Assembly (NCBI RefSeq): GCF_009914755.1
Contig: NC_060935.1
DNA from: the human T2T-CHM13v2.0 reference genome, Homo sapiens
DNA length: 64,000 nucleotides
Strand: one strand, 5' to 3'
Below are positions 27,531 through 41,269 of the stretch, one piece after another. Numbering within the stretch: position 1 is the first letter of the stretch; every line of letters starts with the position of its first letter. The notes beneath the pieces are model-generated. The model saw only the letters and a list, made by a program, of their open reading frames with translations. It ran no database searches and was not told the DNA's origin. A program made the position numbers and the translations under genes.

Positions 27531-28049
27531 TGGGAATGACGAATAGGTTAACGCTGTGCCATCACCAGGTGATTGGGAAGGGCTGCCTGGAGGACTACTT
27601 TGGGAAAGGCAGTGAAGCTGAGTCTGCGCTCACCAGAAGGAATGGCATGATTGATTAGTGATGTCTGCCACGGGTATGGGTGTGGAAGTGCTGTGTGCAT
27701 GTCATCCTTGCCTTAAACCATGCTTCCTTGTCCTTCCTGTAATGGAAAAGTGAGTTATTATTACTCAGCAACAGGTGATTGAAAGCCTGGGTCTCTCTAG
27801 GAGCACTCACAAGGGTGCTCTAAGTTAGCTGGCCCTATTGGATGGCTTAACTCCAACAGGGTTTCCTCCACCCTCCGTCCTCACCCTTGAGGAGCTGTCC
27901 AGGGGCTGCTGGTGTGAAGGGTCTCCCCATGTTCTTCTCCTGCCCTTTCTCTGCAGGCCCCTGAGACTGCCCTCTTGTTTCTCTCTCCAGATCCCCTGCC
28001 ATTCCCCTAGTTCAATCACCATCCTCTCTCATCTGCCAGAAGCCACCTT

Positions 28050-28340
28050 CATTCTTCCTTCCCTCCCTCCCTCCCTCTCTGTCTGTTTCTCTCTCTCTCC
28101 CCCTCCCTCCCTTGCTCTCTCTCTCTCTTTTTCTTTCTTTCTTTTTGAGACAGGGTCTCTCTCTGTCACCCAGGCTGGAGTGCAGAGGTGCAATATCAAC
28201 TTGCTGTCACTCTGCCTTCTGGGCTCAAACGATCCTCCTGCCTCAACCTCCCAAGTTGCTGGGACCACAGGCATGCGCCACCACACCCGTCTAATTGTTG
28301 TATTTTTGTAGAGACGAGGTATGCCATGTTGTCCAAACTG
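28050..28340 (-). mobile_element. AluJ, 5'-truncated, with CT-rich tail
   Basis: tgagacagggtctctctctgtcacccaggctggagtgc...gggctcaaacgatcctcctgcctc...tatttttgtagagac. Confidence 0.9.
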
Positions 28341-28344
28341 CCTC

Positions 28345-28812
28345 CATTCTTGCTTCCCCATGGCCCATTCTCCAGGCAGCAGGAAGTATCCTTCTAAAAT
28401 GTCCTGGGATCCTGCCAGTTGCCCCCCTCAGACCTCCCATTCTGCTAAGTATACACTGTAACTGCTCACCACGGAGATCTCCAAAGTGGGCCCTGCCCTG
28501 TTCTCTCAGCTTGCACTGTTCTCCCCTCACACAGCACCTGGGCCACTGGGCACTTCTCTTCACAGTTTGAACACACCAAACCCAGGTTTGCCTCAGGCCT
28601 TCATGCCTGCTTAGATGCCACCTCCTAGGCCAGGTTCCCCTGCTCACTAGTACTGTTACTTACTCACTTTCCTGCACAGAACTTACCACAAGAGTACAAT
28701 ATGCCAGACCACAAGCTCTCCAGAAGCAGAGATTCTGTCTGTCCTCATTTTCCTTGGAGTCTAGGGCAATGCCAGGCACACAGAGAGCACCAAATGTCTA
28801 TGGAAGGAATAA
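28345..28812 (+). mobile_element. L2 fragment
   Basis: ccattctccaggcagcaggaagtatccttctaaaatg...ccagaccacaagctctcc...caatgccaggcacaca. Confidence 0.7.
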
Positions 28813-28884
28813 ATTCAAAGCATTTTGATACAAGCTTCCTCAAACTGCTTGCGAATCAGAGGAAAATATAACTAATAAATAGAA

Positions 28885-29025
28885 GGCCAGGCACAGTGGC
28901 TCATGCCTGTAATCCCAACACTTTTGGAAGCTGAAATATGAGAATTGCTTGAAGCCAGGGGTTCAAGACCAACCTGGGCAACAAAGCGAGGCCCTATCTC
29001 TAAAAAATTAAATTAAATCAAATTA
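28885..29025 (+). mobile_element. FLAM / Alu left monomer
   Basis: ggccaggcacagtggctcatgcctgtaatccc...acctgggcaacaaagcgaggccctatctctaaaaaa. Confidence 0.9.
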
Positions 29026-29315
29026 GGCTGAGTACAGTCACTTACTCCTGTCATCCTGACACTTTGGGAGGCTGAGGTGGGAGGATTGCTTGAGTCCAGG
29101 TGTTTGAGACCAGCGTGGGCAACATAGTGAGAACCTGTCTCTACAAAAAACAGAAAAAATTAACTGGACATGGTGGTGAGCACCTGTGGTCCCAGCTACT
29201 CGGGAGGCTGAGGCCGGAGGATCGCTTGAGCCCAGGAGGAGAAGCTGCATTGAGCCAAGATCGCTCCACTGCACTCTAGCACTGTAGGCTGGATGACAGA
29301 GCAAGATCCTGTCTC
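29026..29315 (+). mobile_element. AluJ, full length
   Basis: gggaggattgcttgagtccagg...ggcaacatagtgaga; right arm ggaggatcgcttgagcccagg...gacagagcaagatcctgtctc. Confidence 0.9.
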
Positions 29316-29334
29316 TCTCTCTTTCTCTCTTTCT

Positions 29335-29386
<52 letters not shown>
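29312..29386. repeat. (CT)n then (TG)n microsatellite in place of the Alu tail
   Basis: Directly visible. Confidence 0.9.
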
Positions 29387-29387
<1 letters not shown>

Positions 29388-30200
29388 ACGTGCTCACATA
29401 TATGTTTAGGGGACCTTGGGCTAGCTGTTTAATCAGCTTGGGCTTTGGTCTCCTTATTTGCAAAATAAGACATGGTGCTTGTCCTGCACACACGACAGGA
29501 CAGAGGGCTGGTGTCAGGGCATAGGAAGCACTATACCCAGGCCTGGATCACCATTAGGCAAATCTTACGAATCTGCCTGGGGGTAGGGGCAAGGGTCACT
29601 TTCTCTTCCTCAGTAACTTTGGTCTGGTTCCAAGTGCTCCAGCTTTGGGCCTCTGAGCTGCTTCTGTCCTCCTTCCCTGCCCTGGGGCAAAACTAGGGGC
29701 TGGAGTAGCATTTCCCATGCCCCAGCCAATCTCCCTCTCCACTCTCCCTGTCCAATTCCCACCTTCAGCTGAGAGTTTCTGTCTCCTTCATGTGCAAGAG
29801 ACTATTCCTGGGCATCTCTGAGAGCTCAGATCAAAGCTGTCTGGTGCTAGCACATCCAGCACTATGGTGGGGGAGGAGGGCTGGGTTCTGTATATTTAGG
29901 AGAAGAGTCACCACCTTCCTGGAACCTGAGAATGGAGTTTCAGACCCTCAGGCTCACAACCTGAGAACTTCTGGGCTCTGCCCCTCAGAGCAGCTCAGTG
30001 GGGGCACATTCCCCCTCCTCCCAGGGCCACCTCTATTGGCCCCATGGCCCACCACCTCCCACCCATTCCTCCTCTCTCCTTTGATGGGAGGAGATAGATT
30101 TTACATCACAGAGAGGCTCCCAGTAGGAACTGTAGATGGTTCTGTATCAGGCAGGAATGGCTTTCTTCTGGGGGGCTTCCCACATACTAATGGTTTCTTC

Positions 30201-30377
<177 letters not shown>

Positions 30378-32601
30378 GATTTCTTCTTAAACGACCGCTC
30401 TTTGAGCAATAGTCTTTGGGCCTTGGAGGATTCCCCAGAATGTGGTCTGGAGAGACAGGCTGGCTCAGGGAGCCGGCCCGCAGAGCCCTCATCACTCCTG
30501 CTGACGGAGTCCCTGAGGAGCAGCTCTGCCTCTGTGGCCTGTGAGTGGGAGCCAGCGTAGCCTGTGGCTAGGTGGCAATGGGGTGTCAGAGACTTGAGGT
30601 TCCACCGGGGGACAGGGTGACCGTGGGCCAGTCGCTGCCCTCTGTGGGCCAGTTGCTGCCCTCAATTCTGTCTGCTGGTAAATGTGGGGTTGGAACACGA
30701 GGTCTTGGGATTATGTGTGGCCTAAGAGACCAAACCCCGCCTAGAGAGAAGTTTCTATCGATTGCTCCTCGTCTGACTCAGGTGAGCTGCTTTTTGAGCA
30801 GTGCTTGCAAGGTGAGGACGTTGCGGCTTCTTCAGTTCCCTGGTTCTCAGTGTGGGCAGGGCCACTCTGACTTGGCAGTTGTCATCACTGCTACTCTTTG
30901 CTACAAAGTCACTATTCACTAGCTGTTTCCATGCCTTCCTTCACTCCTCTGTGCAGTAGATAAAATCCACTTCCCAGCGGATGAAATTGAGATGCAGAGA
31001 CATAAGTAAAGTTGGGAATAACCAAGCCAGGGTTTGCCCTGTTGCCAGGTCCCTGCTCATTCCACTCCATTCCTGCTCATAATGCCAGATAGGACCACTC
31101 GTCCCCGGGGTCTCTGCCCTGCTAGTCTCAAAGACCCTTCCACAGGGCAGGACTTTGCATAAATGATCCACAGCGGGTAGCAGATAAGACTAAGGGGCTG
31201 CCTTTCCCCAGACACTTTTGAAGAAAGGACTGGCAGCTCCCTTTGCCTCCTCCAGGGCAGTGGGCCCAAGACCCCAGTGTTGCAGAGACACAGGTGCTGC
31301 TATGGAAAATGTTGTCAAAGAGCAAATTCGCTGGCAGCCGTGATGTGTTCCTTGAGGTCAAAGGGCTAGCAAGACAAGCATGATCCAGAGATGCCGTAGG
31401 GACAGGCCTGAGCAAGGATAAACAACATGTTGGTTGGTGCAGCCGGGCAAGCAGAGAAAGTGAAAGTAAATAAGCAGACAGATGCTGTGCGCAGGTACCA
31501 GGGGACCGAGCTGCAGCAGGAGGGTGCCGGGGCAAGGAAACTTGCTTGTGGAAAAAGGTGGCATGTGATCAACTAGGACAGGTATGAAAGGGGGTGGGAT
31601 GAGCTTTCTAATGCTTTCTCATTGCTTGGAGACAAAGGGAGATGGGGTCTCTGAGCCTGGTTAGAACCATTCCCCAAACCCTTACAGCTCCCAGATGCTT
31701 GTTCTGAAAAGCCCGAGAACCAGAAATAGCCTGTGCCCCTCTTGGAAGCAGAGGTAGGGTCTCTAGCCATCACATGACAAACACAAACTTCAATATCTAA
31801 AGGCAGGGGATAAAGAAGGCACTCAACCAATCAGAAGCCAATAAACCAATCAGATGTTTCTTTCTAAGGCAGCCTTGCAAATAAGAACAAAACGTACCAG
31901 CCTAAAAATAAGTCTTCCTTTGCCCTCCACTGTAGAGCAAGAGGGAGTCAAAACAGTGACATGGGCCTTCTTTGCCTGGTGGAGTTTATGGAAACTTAAT
32001 AACATGCCAGGGTGTGGGGCTGAGTGCCAGTCCATTCTGCAGCCTTTGAGTTTGATATTGTGGTGGCCAACATAGTGTTTCCAAAACATCCCTTAGGACT
32101 CCAGCTAGACATGGGAGAGACCAGGGAAGAGAGGCTAGAGTCTCTTTAAGGTGACACCAGAGTTCCCCGACAGGGAGGTGTCACTCAGGGGTCTCCAGGG
32201 ACCTCTCCAGGGACAGCAGGCTGGGTGTCAGCTGGGGCAGGAATTCATCAGCTGTAGATCTCAAGAAAACACCTCCATCTGATTGCACTGCCAGTTCATT
32301 CATATCCATTTAGTGTCTCCTCAGATCCTGGGATTTATCTTCATTAGGGAGGGAAAGAGACACTTTTTCTGATGAGATCTGAGGGATTCCTTCTTCCTGT
32401 CTCTTGTCTCACTTGTCCCTCCCTAAGAAGAGTGAAGAGTCTCTGGACAAAAAAGCTCTCTGGCTTCAGTGTCTCCAGGGCTTTTCCTACATGGAGATAA
32501 AGAAACCTTAGAAGAAGCCAAGAACTGTCCAGCCCTTGGCCTGGTGGCTCTGCCTAGGACATTATGAAAACATGAGTGCCCTGTGTCTCAGGGAGGGCAG
32601 A

Positions 32602-33100
32602 TCTATTAGCTATCTACTGCCATGTAACAAATCACTCCAAAACGTAGTGCTTACAACTCCAACAGTCATTGGTTATCTCTCACAGTGTCTGGTGCTCTGG
32701 GGCAGTGTGGCTGGGGCATTCAACTCAGGGTTTCTCAGGAGGTTGCAGTCAAGATCTTGCTGGGGCTGAAGTTATCTGAAGGCCTGATAGGGGCTGGTAG
32801 GTCTACTTCTAAGGTGGTCCATTCATACGGCTGGCAAGTCGGTTCCTCTCATGTGGGCGCTCTGCAGGGCTGCTTGAGTTCCTTCCTAACATGGTAGATG
32901 CTTTCCCCAGAGCGAGCAATCCAAGAGGCCAAGGCAGAAGGTGCAGTGCTTTCTATGACCTAGCCTTGGAAGTCACACACCATTACTTGCACTGTATTTT
33001 ATGGGTCACACAGTCCATCCCTGATCCAATGTGGGAGGGGACTATGCAGGTCTGAATTCCAAGAGGATCAATGAGGGCCATCTTGGAATGTGGGTACCAT
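32602..33100 (-). mobile_element. MLT1H-like solo LTR
   Basis: tattagctatctactgccatgtaacaaatcac...aggttgcagtcaagat...tatgacctagccttggaagtcacacacc...ggccatcttgga. Confidence 0.8.
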
Positions 33101-33174
33101 GGCAAAATGCTTAAGGTAGGGGTGACATCAGGATTGAGGCTTGCCACAGGATTGAGAACTCCAGGGAACAGGGG

Positions 33175-33370
33175 TAATGGAAAGAGCACCGACCTTAGAG
33201 TCTGAGAGACCTGGGATTGAAACTGAGTCACTTACCAGCTGTGTGACTTTGGGCAAATAACCTGATCCCTCTTAGCCTCCACTTCTGTATCTGCTAAAAG
33301 GATGTGGTTCCTGAATTATACACCTGCCTGAGGCTTGACTGAGAGTGTTCAACGCATGGTCAGCCTCAAG
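33175..33370 (+). mobile_element. MIR
   Basis: aagagcaccgaccttagagtctgagagacctggg...cacttaccagctgtgtgactttgggcaa. Confidence 0.8.
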
Positions 33371-34244
33371 TGATCACCCCTTCTTTCCAGGGTTCTATCC
33401 TCCCCATGCCAAGAAGAACCCCACGAGCTTTTTGGTCACCTGTCATCCACCTTCTGGGGCCACTCACCAGGGCCAGGGGATTCACAAAATGTTACTGGCA
33501 CCTCCCCAGGAAAGCTCCGTGGAGCCCCAGGGCCTGGGGGCAGAGGAGATGTGTCTTCTTCCTCTCCTGGTATGGTCAAAATACCTTAAGATGAACCCCA
33601 AATTCTTCCCTCTTTGCCTGTGAAGTGAGCCGCCCACCCCAGGTGATCTCAGGCTCCTTCTCCACCATGCAGCCCTGGTTAATCCATGGAATGCTAGTGC
33701 CTGCAGAAGCAGCTGCTTACACAGTCCCGGAAGAAGCTGCCAGGCAGTCAGCCCCAAGTGAGGACACTGCAGGCTGCAGGGGTTGCAGGGAGAGAAGAGA
33801 GCAAAGGAGGGAGGTGGGAAAGATTGGAGAGGGCAGACTCCAGGCCCCAGGGCCTAAGCTTGTGCCAGGCAGCAGAGGTGGAAGGAAGTCCATGGGCTTT
33901 GATTTCAGGGACCCTGTGCTCTAGTCCTTCATTTAGCCCATCCATTCAGTGCCTTGTGCCCCGGGCTCTGCAGAAGGTGCAGAGTTCTGGGCACTGATCA
34001 TTCACTGATCGTAGCTCCAGGGCGCAGCCACAAATGATGTCATCCTATGGAGAGAGCTGCTGGTTTCTGGCAGACCTCTATATCAGAGCAGCTTGGTGTG
34101 TACCCGGAGCCTTGCTCCAGACTCATCCAAGTTCCCGTGGTCCACATCCATGCCTCAGCAAAGTTAGTGCGTGCTAGAACCACTGCAAATTCTGACCTAC
34201 CTCCTTGGGAGAGTATTTGTAGTGACCCAGAAGACTCCATTCAA

Positions 34245-34725
34245 GTCTACTTGACATACTTTTCCTGAGTACCTCCCTGGTTAAGACCTAGCCTGTTCTT
34301 GCAGAAGCCAGGGATGCAAGTAATTATCATTTTGTATAAAGAATTGTGGGAGCTCAGTGAAGAGAAGATTTAGCTCTGCTCTGAGCTAGTGCAGGCATGG
34401 GGCCTGCCAGGGAAGTCATCCCAGAAGGGATGATATTGGAGTTGGTCCTTGAAGGATGAATAGGAGTTTTTCAGGTGAAAAATAGAGTGAGAGGTGGGGA
34501 GGAGCACACTAGGCAGGGAGAACAGCATAAACAGAGCCAGGGCCTGGGGGTGTGGAAGGAAATCACTGATAGCCAGTCCTGTGCATCTGCAGTGGGAAGT
34601 TTGTGGTTCTAAGAGAGTAGGCTGGGGATGAGGCAGATTGGAGAGAGGCTGCGAAGGACTCTTCCCCAGATGAGCTTTACATCCTTTGTTGGGGGGTCAA
34701 GGGGAACCACAGGAAGTGTCTAAGA
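34245..34725 (-). mobile_element. L2 fragment
   Basis: gtccttgaaggatgaataggagtttt...aggcagggagaacagcata. Confidence 0.6.
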
Positions 34726-36714
34726 AGGGGAACGCAGCACAGCCCCAGCTCTGCTTTAGAACACCCGGTATGAGGAGGGCCTGGCTCCAGATATCTTCTC
34801 CCCTCCTCCTGCTGTCATTATGTGCCTGTTCTCGGCCACCACCCAAACTCACCCCATCACAGAAGGGCTGATGGAGCTGCACTGCCGAGTTAATACAAAA
34901 CTCCGGCCCCGGTGCTACACCAGCCCAGGAGGGAGGCAGCCGTAACAAGAGAGGAAATTACAGATAAGAGTGGAGAAATGGCCACAGCAAGATGAAGGGA
35001 AGGCAGGCGCCGGCAGAAAACAAACCAAGGTGTCAAGACAGAATCAATAACCATCACTGAGAAGAGGAGAAGATGGGATTCATTACAGAGAGGGTAAAAC
35101 AGACATTACCCAGCCTGCCCACGAGGCTTGCTGCACATGCGGAAGAACTTTCAACTCGGCAAGTGCTGACGGTGGAAATACTTGACAACACAGCAACTTA
35201 GGGGAGAGGCAGGGAGGGAGGGAGACAGAGACGAGGAGGAGCAAGAGAAAGAGACATACGGGGAGTCTGAGAGAGACAGCGAAGCACACAGAGGGAGCTG
35301 GGATCAGAGTCAGATGGAGGTGCGGAAACTGGCAAGCACGGGCTTGAGCTGGACTTATTTCGTGCCTGGATTATGAAGCCAGAGGTATAGGGAGACAGGG
35401 ACCTCTTATTCCACAGGGAACTAGGACAGACCTAAAACTGCTGAAGGCATGGAAGTCAAGGAGGAAGATAAAGGCACAGAGAAAAACAGAGCGGTATATC
35501 CAAAGAGAACTCATGTCTTCTTGGTTGAGGGGCCGAGCTGAGCAGGTTGGCTTCAGCCCCACGTATCCTAGAAGGGGAGTGAAAAATCTGACTTCACTTG
35601 GTGAAGGACACCAAGTGTGAACTCATGCGAATATGTGCAAAGGAGGGGAGTCCCCCGTCCCAGGTCAGGGTCTCATGGTCCTTCTACCCCATCCATCCTC
35701 CCACTTGGGTGGGAAACTCACACTGAGCAAAGTCTTCAGACCACCTGAACTGCAAAGGGAAAGGTGCTGCCAGGTTCCAAAAGGGCTGGATTCTAGGACA
35801 GTATCCTCTGCAGCTGGACCAGACAGTGAAGCAGGGTTAGGATGAGGGGGCAGGGACAAGGCTTTTGGGGTAGCATCCAAGATGTAGTAGCAGGTATCCT
35901 GACAGGTGGGTAGAATGATAGAGGGGACATCAGGCAGCCTCAGAGGTGGGGGGTCTGGTACTAATGGCAAGATTCTCAGACCCCCCTGGAGAGGGGATCT
36001 GAGACTAGCAGGGCAGAGGCCCAGGCCTTAGAAGACCAGGGTTTTGGGAAGGTTAGCAAGACAGGGTCTTGCACACCAGCAGTAATGCAGACACTATGTT
36101 ATCAGTCCCAGGACTCCCCAGACCAGCACTGGGGACCATGATGGGGTAAGCCAGAACATCAGGGCAGAACAGCTAAGATCTCCCATCCCTAAAACTAGAC
36201 CTGGGCATAGGACAGAGCCTTCAGATGGGAGAGGAGGGGAGACTGAGAGGTCCCAGCCTTGGGAAGAAGAAGGCTGCAGAGGCCATGACCCAAGCAGGTA
36301 CAGGGACTTGAGGCACCACCCTGGGGTGCTGAGGCTGGCTGGCTGAGTGCTTGCAGAACTGGGAGCAGGGCAGCTGTGGGTAGGGGTTTGTGCACACTAA
36401 AGACGAAGGGATCCAGGAGGCAACTCTGGCTGGAACCCTGTTCCCCCATGCTTCCTGTCCCCAGGAGGTGGCACCTGATATGGCTTGCTGGGAGGAACCT
36501 AGAAGCTGCACTTGGTGGCAGTGTTTAAAGCGTGTACCTGTCAGGGCCAATCTGGAGTGTGAGCAAGATGTGAGCTGGGAAAGCATCCAGGCCCTTCCTG
36601 GTACACTCACACTGGGAGAGGACGAGGTCCTCAGGCAAGGACTTCTCTGTTCAGTCATGGCTCTCCCAGGCAGGGAGGCCAGGGAGCAATAATGCTACCA
36701 GCCAATGGTGACCA

Positions 36715-36920
36715 TGGTACACTTACTGCGTGCCTGTCACTGGGTGCAATGCTTTATATGCTTTATCTTATTTGAGCCACACAAATAATGTTCTGTCCAT
36801 TTTAAAGAGGAGGAAACAGATTCAGAGAGGTGGTGGAACTGGACCAAGGTCACACAGCTTTGAAATGGTAGAACTAGGATGTGAACCCAGGCAGTTTGGC
36901 TCCAAAGCTGGACACTTCAC
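36715..36920 (-). mobile_element. MIR
   Basis: ccattttaaagaggaggaaacagattcagagagg...ccaaggtcacacagct...gaacccaggcagtttggctcc. Confidence 0.8.
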
Positions 36921-37529
36921 CTCATCATGTTGTCCTTGCCTAAGGGTGACCCCCTAAATTCTTCAGATGTCTCATTCTCAAAAATGTCTGTGGAAGGCTC
37001 TTCTGAGCTAGCCTGGTCATATTCCAAGTTCTCCAGGTCTCCAACACCCAGCATATAGCTTCTCCGCATAGGCTCGGGGTGGCAGGCCAGCTTCCCCTCC
37101 GTGCTCCAGGTCTCCCCTCTCCTGGGTAGTTCCCATTCCCTGAAAGGAGGCTGTGGGGCTCTATGTGCCCATGAGAGTAAGGGCCAGCTGGAAGCAAACT
37201 CAATGAGCCCTGAGTCCCCAACCCATCTCTGTCTCTGTCTTTCCACCTGTGTCCCACCTTTGTGTCCCTCCCACGAGGCCACGCAAGTCCCTTCATCCAT
37301 CCTTGTCTTGGTCTTTCTCCTTGTGTTCTGGTTCCTCCTTCCTTTTGGTCAATCTTTCTCTGTTTCCCTGTCATTGTCCGCTGTGTCTTTCTTCCACGTT
37401 TTGCCCCTGTCTCCCTGTTTTCCTTCTGTGGTTTCTGCATGTCTAGATCTGCCCTGCCTCCTCCCATATGTGGTTTGCACACACCTTGCAGAAAAGCCAT
37501 GGCTATCTGGGGTGATTTGCCTGGCAGAG

Positions 37530-37598
37530 CTTCTAGACCCTGGCATATCCTGCAAGCCATGCCCCACTTCTAGACCCTGGCATATCCTGCAAGCCATG
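37530..37598. repeat. Perfect 32-bp direct repeat with 5-bp spacer
   Basis: cttctagaccctggcatatcctgcaagccatg at 37530-37561 and 37567-37598. Confidence 0.95.
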
Positions 37599-38034
37599 GC
37601 CAGCGCCCTTCTTATTTCCTGATCTGGGCCCAGAGCTGGTGAAACTGGCAGGGGCAGCCTAGCCAGAGCAGGGGGAGGCAGCAAAGCCATGGACTTGCCA
37701 GAGGAGCTTTCAGGGGGGTTAAGGGCTTTTAAAACAGCCCATCAGCATGGAGCCAGCATCCTTGGCCTTTGGAGTGATGGACTGGGAAAGAATGGGGGGT
37801 AGTTTAGTTGACAGCATGTTGATACTAACATAAATCTCATTAAAATAATGAATTTGTCAAACATAACCATGTCTGTCCCCTTAACAGTTTAGGGTGCAAT
37901 GGCTGTGCCCCTTTATGTCCACGTAATAAGGATGCTGAAGCCCAGTCTCCAACCCATGACTGCCCTGAGATGGCAAATCCAGACACACCCTCCCCATCCT
38001 GGGCCCCAGGAGGCCCTGGGCCTAACGAGTGTTT

Positions 38035-38395
38035 GGAGGGGCAGGACCAGACTTGCTGGCACCCAGGGCCCTTGCACTTGCCTGCCCCCTGTCTGGACTG
38101 CTCCTCCTGAGATGTCTACATGGCTTGCTCCCTCACCTCCCACAAGTCCTTTGCTGGGATTTTACACTTGCAGCCCGGTGGTCTCTGGAAAGACCATTTA
38201 AAATTGCCCCTGACCTGGCCATCCCTCCACTCCCCCTCTGCCGTGCATCTCCCTCCCGTTTAATCAGTCATTGCTGTGTCCTGACACCTGCCTGTAATGG
38301 TCATGGGGACAGGGATTTCTGTCTGTCTTACCGTACTCCCAAACCTCCAGTGGTATCTGGTACATAGTAGGTGCTCAATACATATTTGTTAAACA
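38035..38395 (+). mobile_element. L2 3' end
   Basis: cagggcccttgcacttgc...tctggtacatagtaggtgctcaatacatatttgtt. Confidence 0.8.
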
Positions 38396-39167
38396 TTCAT
38401 TTGCACCTGGGTTGGGAATTTTGGTGTACCACAAGGAGGGTTTTGCAATCTTTATCTGTTTTTAGATATGTTTACTTTTCAGAATTTATCTCCTTTTGTG
38501 TTTTTGATTTCTAATTCACACTCAACCTCTTATTCCCACTCTGTACTGTTTAGGATAATATAAATGATAATAAAAAGTGGGAAATAACCTAAATATCCAA
38601 TAACAGGGATTAGTAGGAAACATACATAGTCTTACAAAACAGAATGTATAATAAGATTCTATTTTTGTAAACTAAATCTGTAGATACATATTTATTTCTC
38701 ATTATTTGGCAAGATTTTTTTTTTGGAGACATGAGTATGGACATTAATAGCTACCTGGTGAAAAAACAGCTTCTGGATTCATAGAGTTTAGGGAATGGCA
38801 AAGTTTAAATGGGTTTCCTAACTGAGGCTCTCTATAGAGCTTTACATGCATTTACAATGAATATTACAATAAATATTCATTACAATGAATACTACAAAGC
38901 TCCAAGAAGAGGGTAGAATGTACAGTACTTTTTGAAATTTGACCAGGTGTGTTGCTGCTGTTTGTGTTGTTGTTTTATAGCTCAAGGGACTGAAGTTCTA
39001 GAACCTTCTTTGGGAAGTGGTAACACACACATGCTGGGAAGAATGCAGAGGTGCAGGTGCCCAGGTGTTCTCAGTGGCTGTGTCTGAATGGGGGCTTACA
39101 CTTCTTTATGTTCTTTGTGCTTGTCTGTATTTTCTATAATGTGCATTTTATAAGTTAAAAGCAGCAC

Positions 39168-39518
<351 letters not shown>

Positions 39519-41269
39519 TCAAATTGGGGTCCTCCTCCCTTCTTTTTAAACATTTCTAATTTGTTTTCAACCTGCTCGGCTCAGCTTTCTTGGCAGTGTT
39601 TTTATAATTTTTTTTATTTTGAAAATTAGTTGTAAATGAACGTTTCCAACCAACAGCTCATGTTTTCTTTATGACCAGTTCATCATCTTGGCCAAATAGT
39701 CATTTCTGGACCAAATCAGAGAGATGGGAGGAGGGACCTGGAGTGGGAGGTAAGAGAGAGAATGGGAATAGATAAGGTAGGAAAAAGACAGGGAGCAAGA
39801 CAGGGAGAGGCAGAGACCAGAGAGGTGAGACGGAGTGGGAGGAAGAGAGTGAGCGAGGAGGAGAACTCAGAGAGACCAAGAACTCAGAGAGACCTTGGAG
39901 CAAATGAGAAGCAGGATGAGGAGGATGGACATTCACCAAACACTCATTCAGCCCTTCCCATGGACCGAACACCAGGTGAATGGGGCCAGGACACTTGCCC
40001 TTGCAAAGATTACAGCCAGCGTGGGGGAGAGGGGTAATAAACCATTTCCAAAGAGGTTTTCGTGTTGTAATGCAGGCAGGCCGCGGAGCTCTGGGGCAGC
40101 CCTCCAGCATAGCTCAAGGGTGCGGCAGGTCACAATGTGGCTGCAGGAGCCACTCTCTGATCTGCCCTTTTTCCTAGAGGAGAGGAGCTGAGGCCTTGGC
40201 TCCTGTGTTTCCACTGGAGAGGCTTTGGGGGTGCCCAAAGGGCAGGAGCTCCCAGGGTGGGGGTGGGGAGGGCTGGGCCCCTTGTCTGTCTGGAAGCTGC
40301 GTATGTGTCATATGCATCGTGCATGGGCAACACACACGGTTTTTGCAGAGACTGTTTGTTATAAACTGACAAAAATAGATTGTTTTCTAAGAAACGCTCT
40401 TATTCACATGCTTTTCATAAGATTGAAAAATGTCAATTGCCTACACCAGAAAATATATATTATTACTTTGATGTGGCGACTGGTGGAGATTACGCAGGGG
40501 CAAAAGCAGCCCCCATCCCTATCCCTGGACACAGCCTGTGTTCGGAATCTGTGCAGTCGTTTCCTGCTGCAAGCCAGGAGCAGGGATGAAAACGGCCTCT
40601 GGAGGCCCCTTCCAGCCTGCACGTCCTTTAATCTGCATGATTTGATGGTGGCCAGCGCCCAGCCTGGGCTGCACCCCCGCCAGGCCCCCTGCCTTCCTCC
40701 TGCCCTCATCACAGTTTCTGGGCTGCACTCCTGGCGGGAGGATGAGCAGCCTGCGGCTAATCCCCGATTAATATTTCATGCTTCTGATGGAGGGCCTGGG
40801 AGGGGAGGATCACTGAGGGCTGAGCGTGGAGGGAGAGCTGGAGAGGTCCGGGAGTTGCTTCGTGTCTGAGGATGAAGGAGGGGCATTGATGAGAATGGGG
40901 AACTGCAGCCTCTCCCACAGACCACCCCAGGCCCAGGGAATCTTTAGAGGCCATAAGGCAGCAGCTGCTCCTGCTCAGCACCTGTGGGCGGAAGAGAGCA
41001 GGATAAGCAAGGGAGCCACTTTCAGCCCTGCTCAGCACCTAACACCACCACCTCCCCCAGGAGCCCCACCCACCAGCTCTTACTGACCTTCGGAGTTTAC
41101 AGTCCAGACGGAAAGGCAGGTGTTAAACAAATGCACGGAGCAATAAATACAAATGTGGCAGGGACCTTGCTCTGAGGAAGTGGAGCATGTCATAGAAGAG
41201 CCAGGTGAGAAGGGGAGGGCTCAAGCTCCCCGGGGAGGGGCAAGCCTGTGCACAGGCCTGAGATGAAGC

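Noticed and set aside
37530-37598. Repeat-spacer-repeat resembling CRISPR
   Set aside because: Only two units, a 5-bp spacer, mammalian context and no cas genes
36940-37690. Overlapping long ORFs on both strands
   Set aside because: Caused by a CT-rich low-complexity tract and the 37-bp duplication
40225-40869. 214-aa ORF
   Set aside because: Non-ATG start, heterogeneous composition, no domain similarity I can recognise
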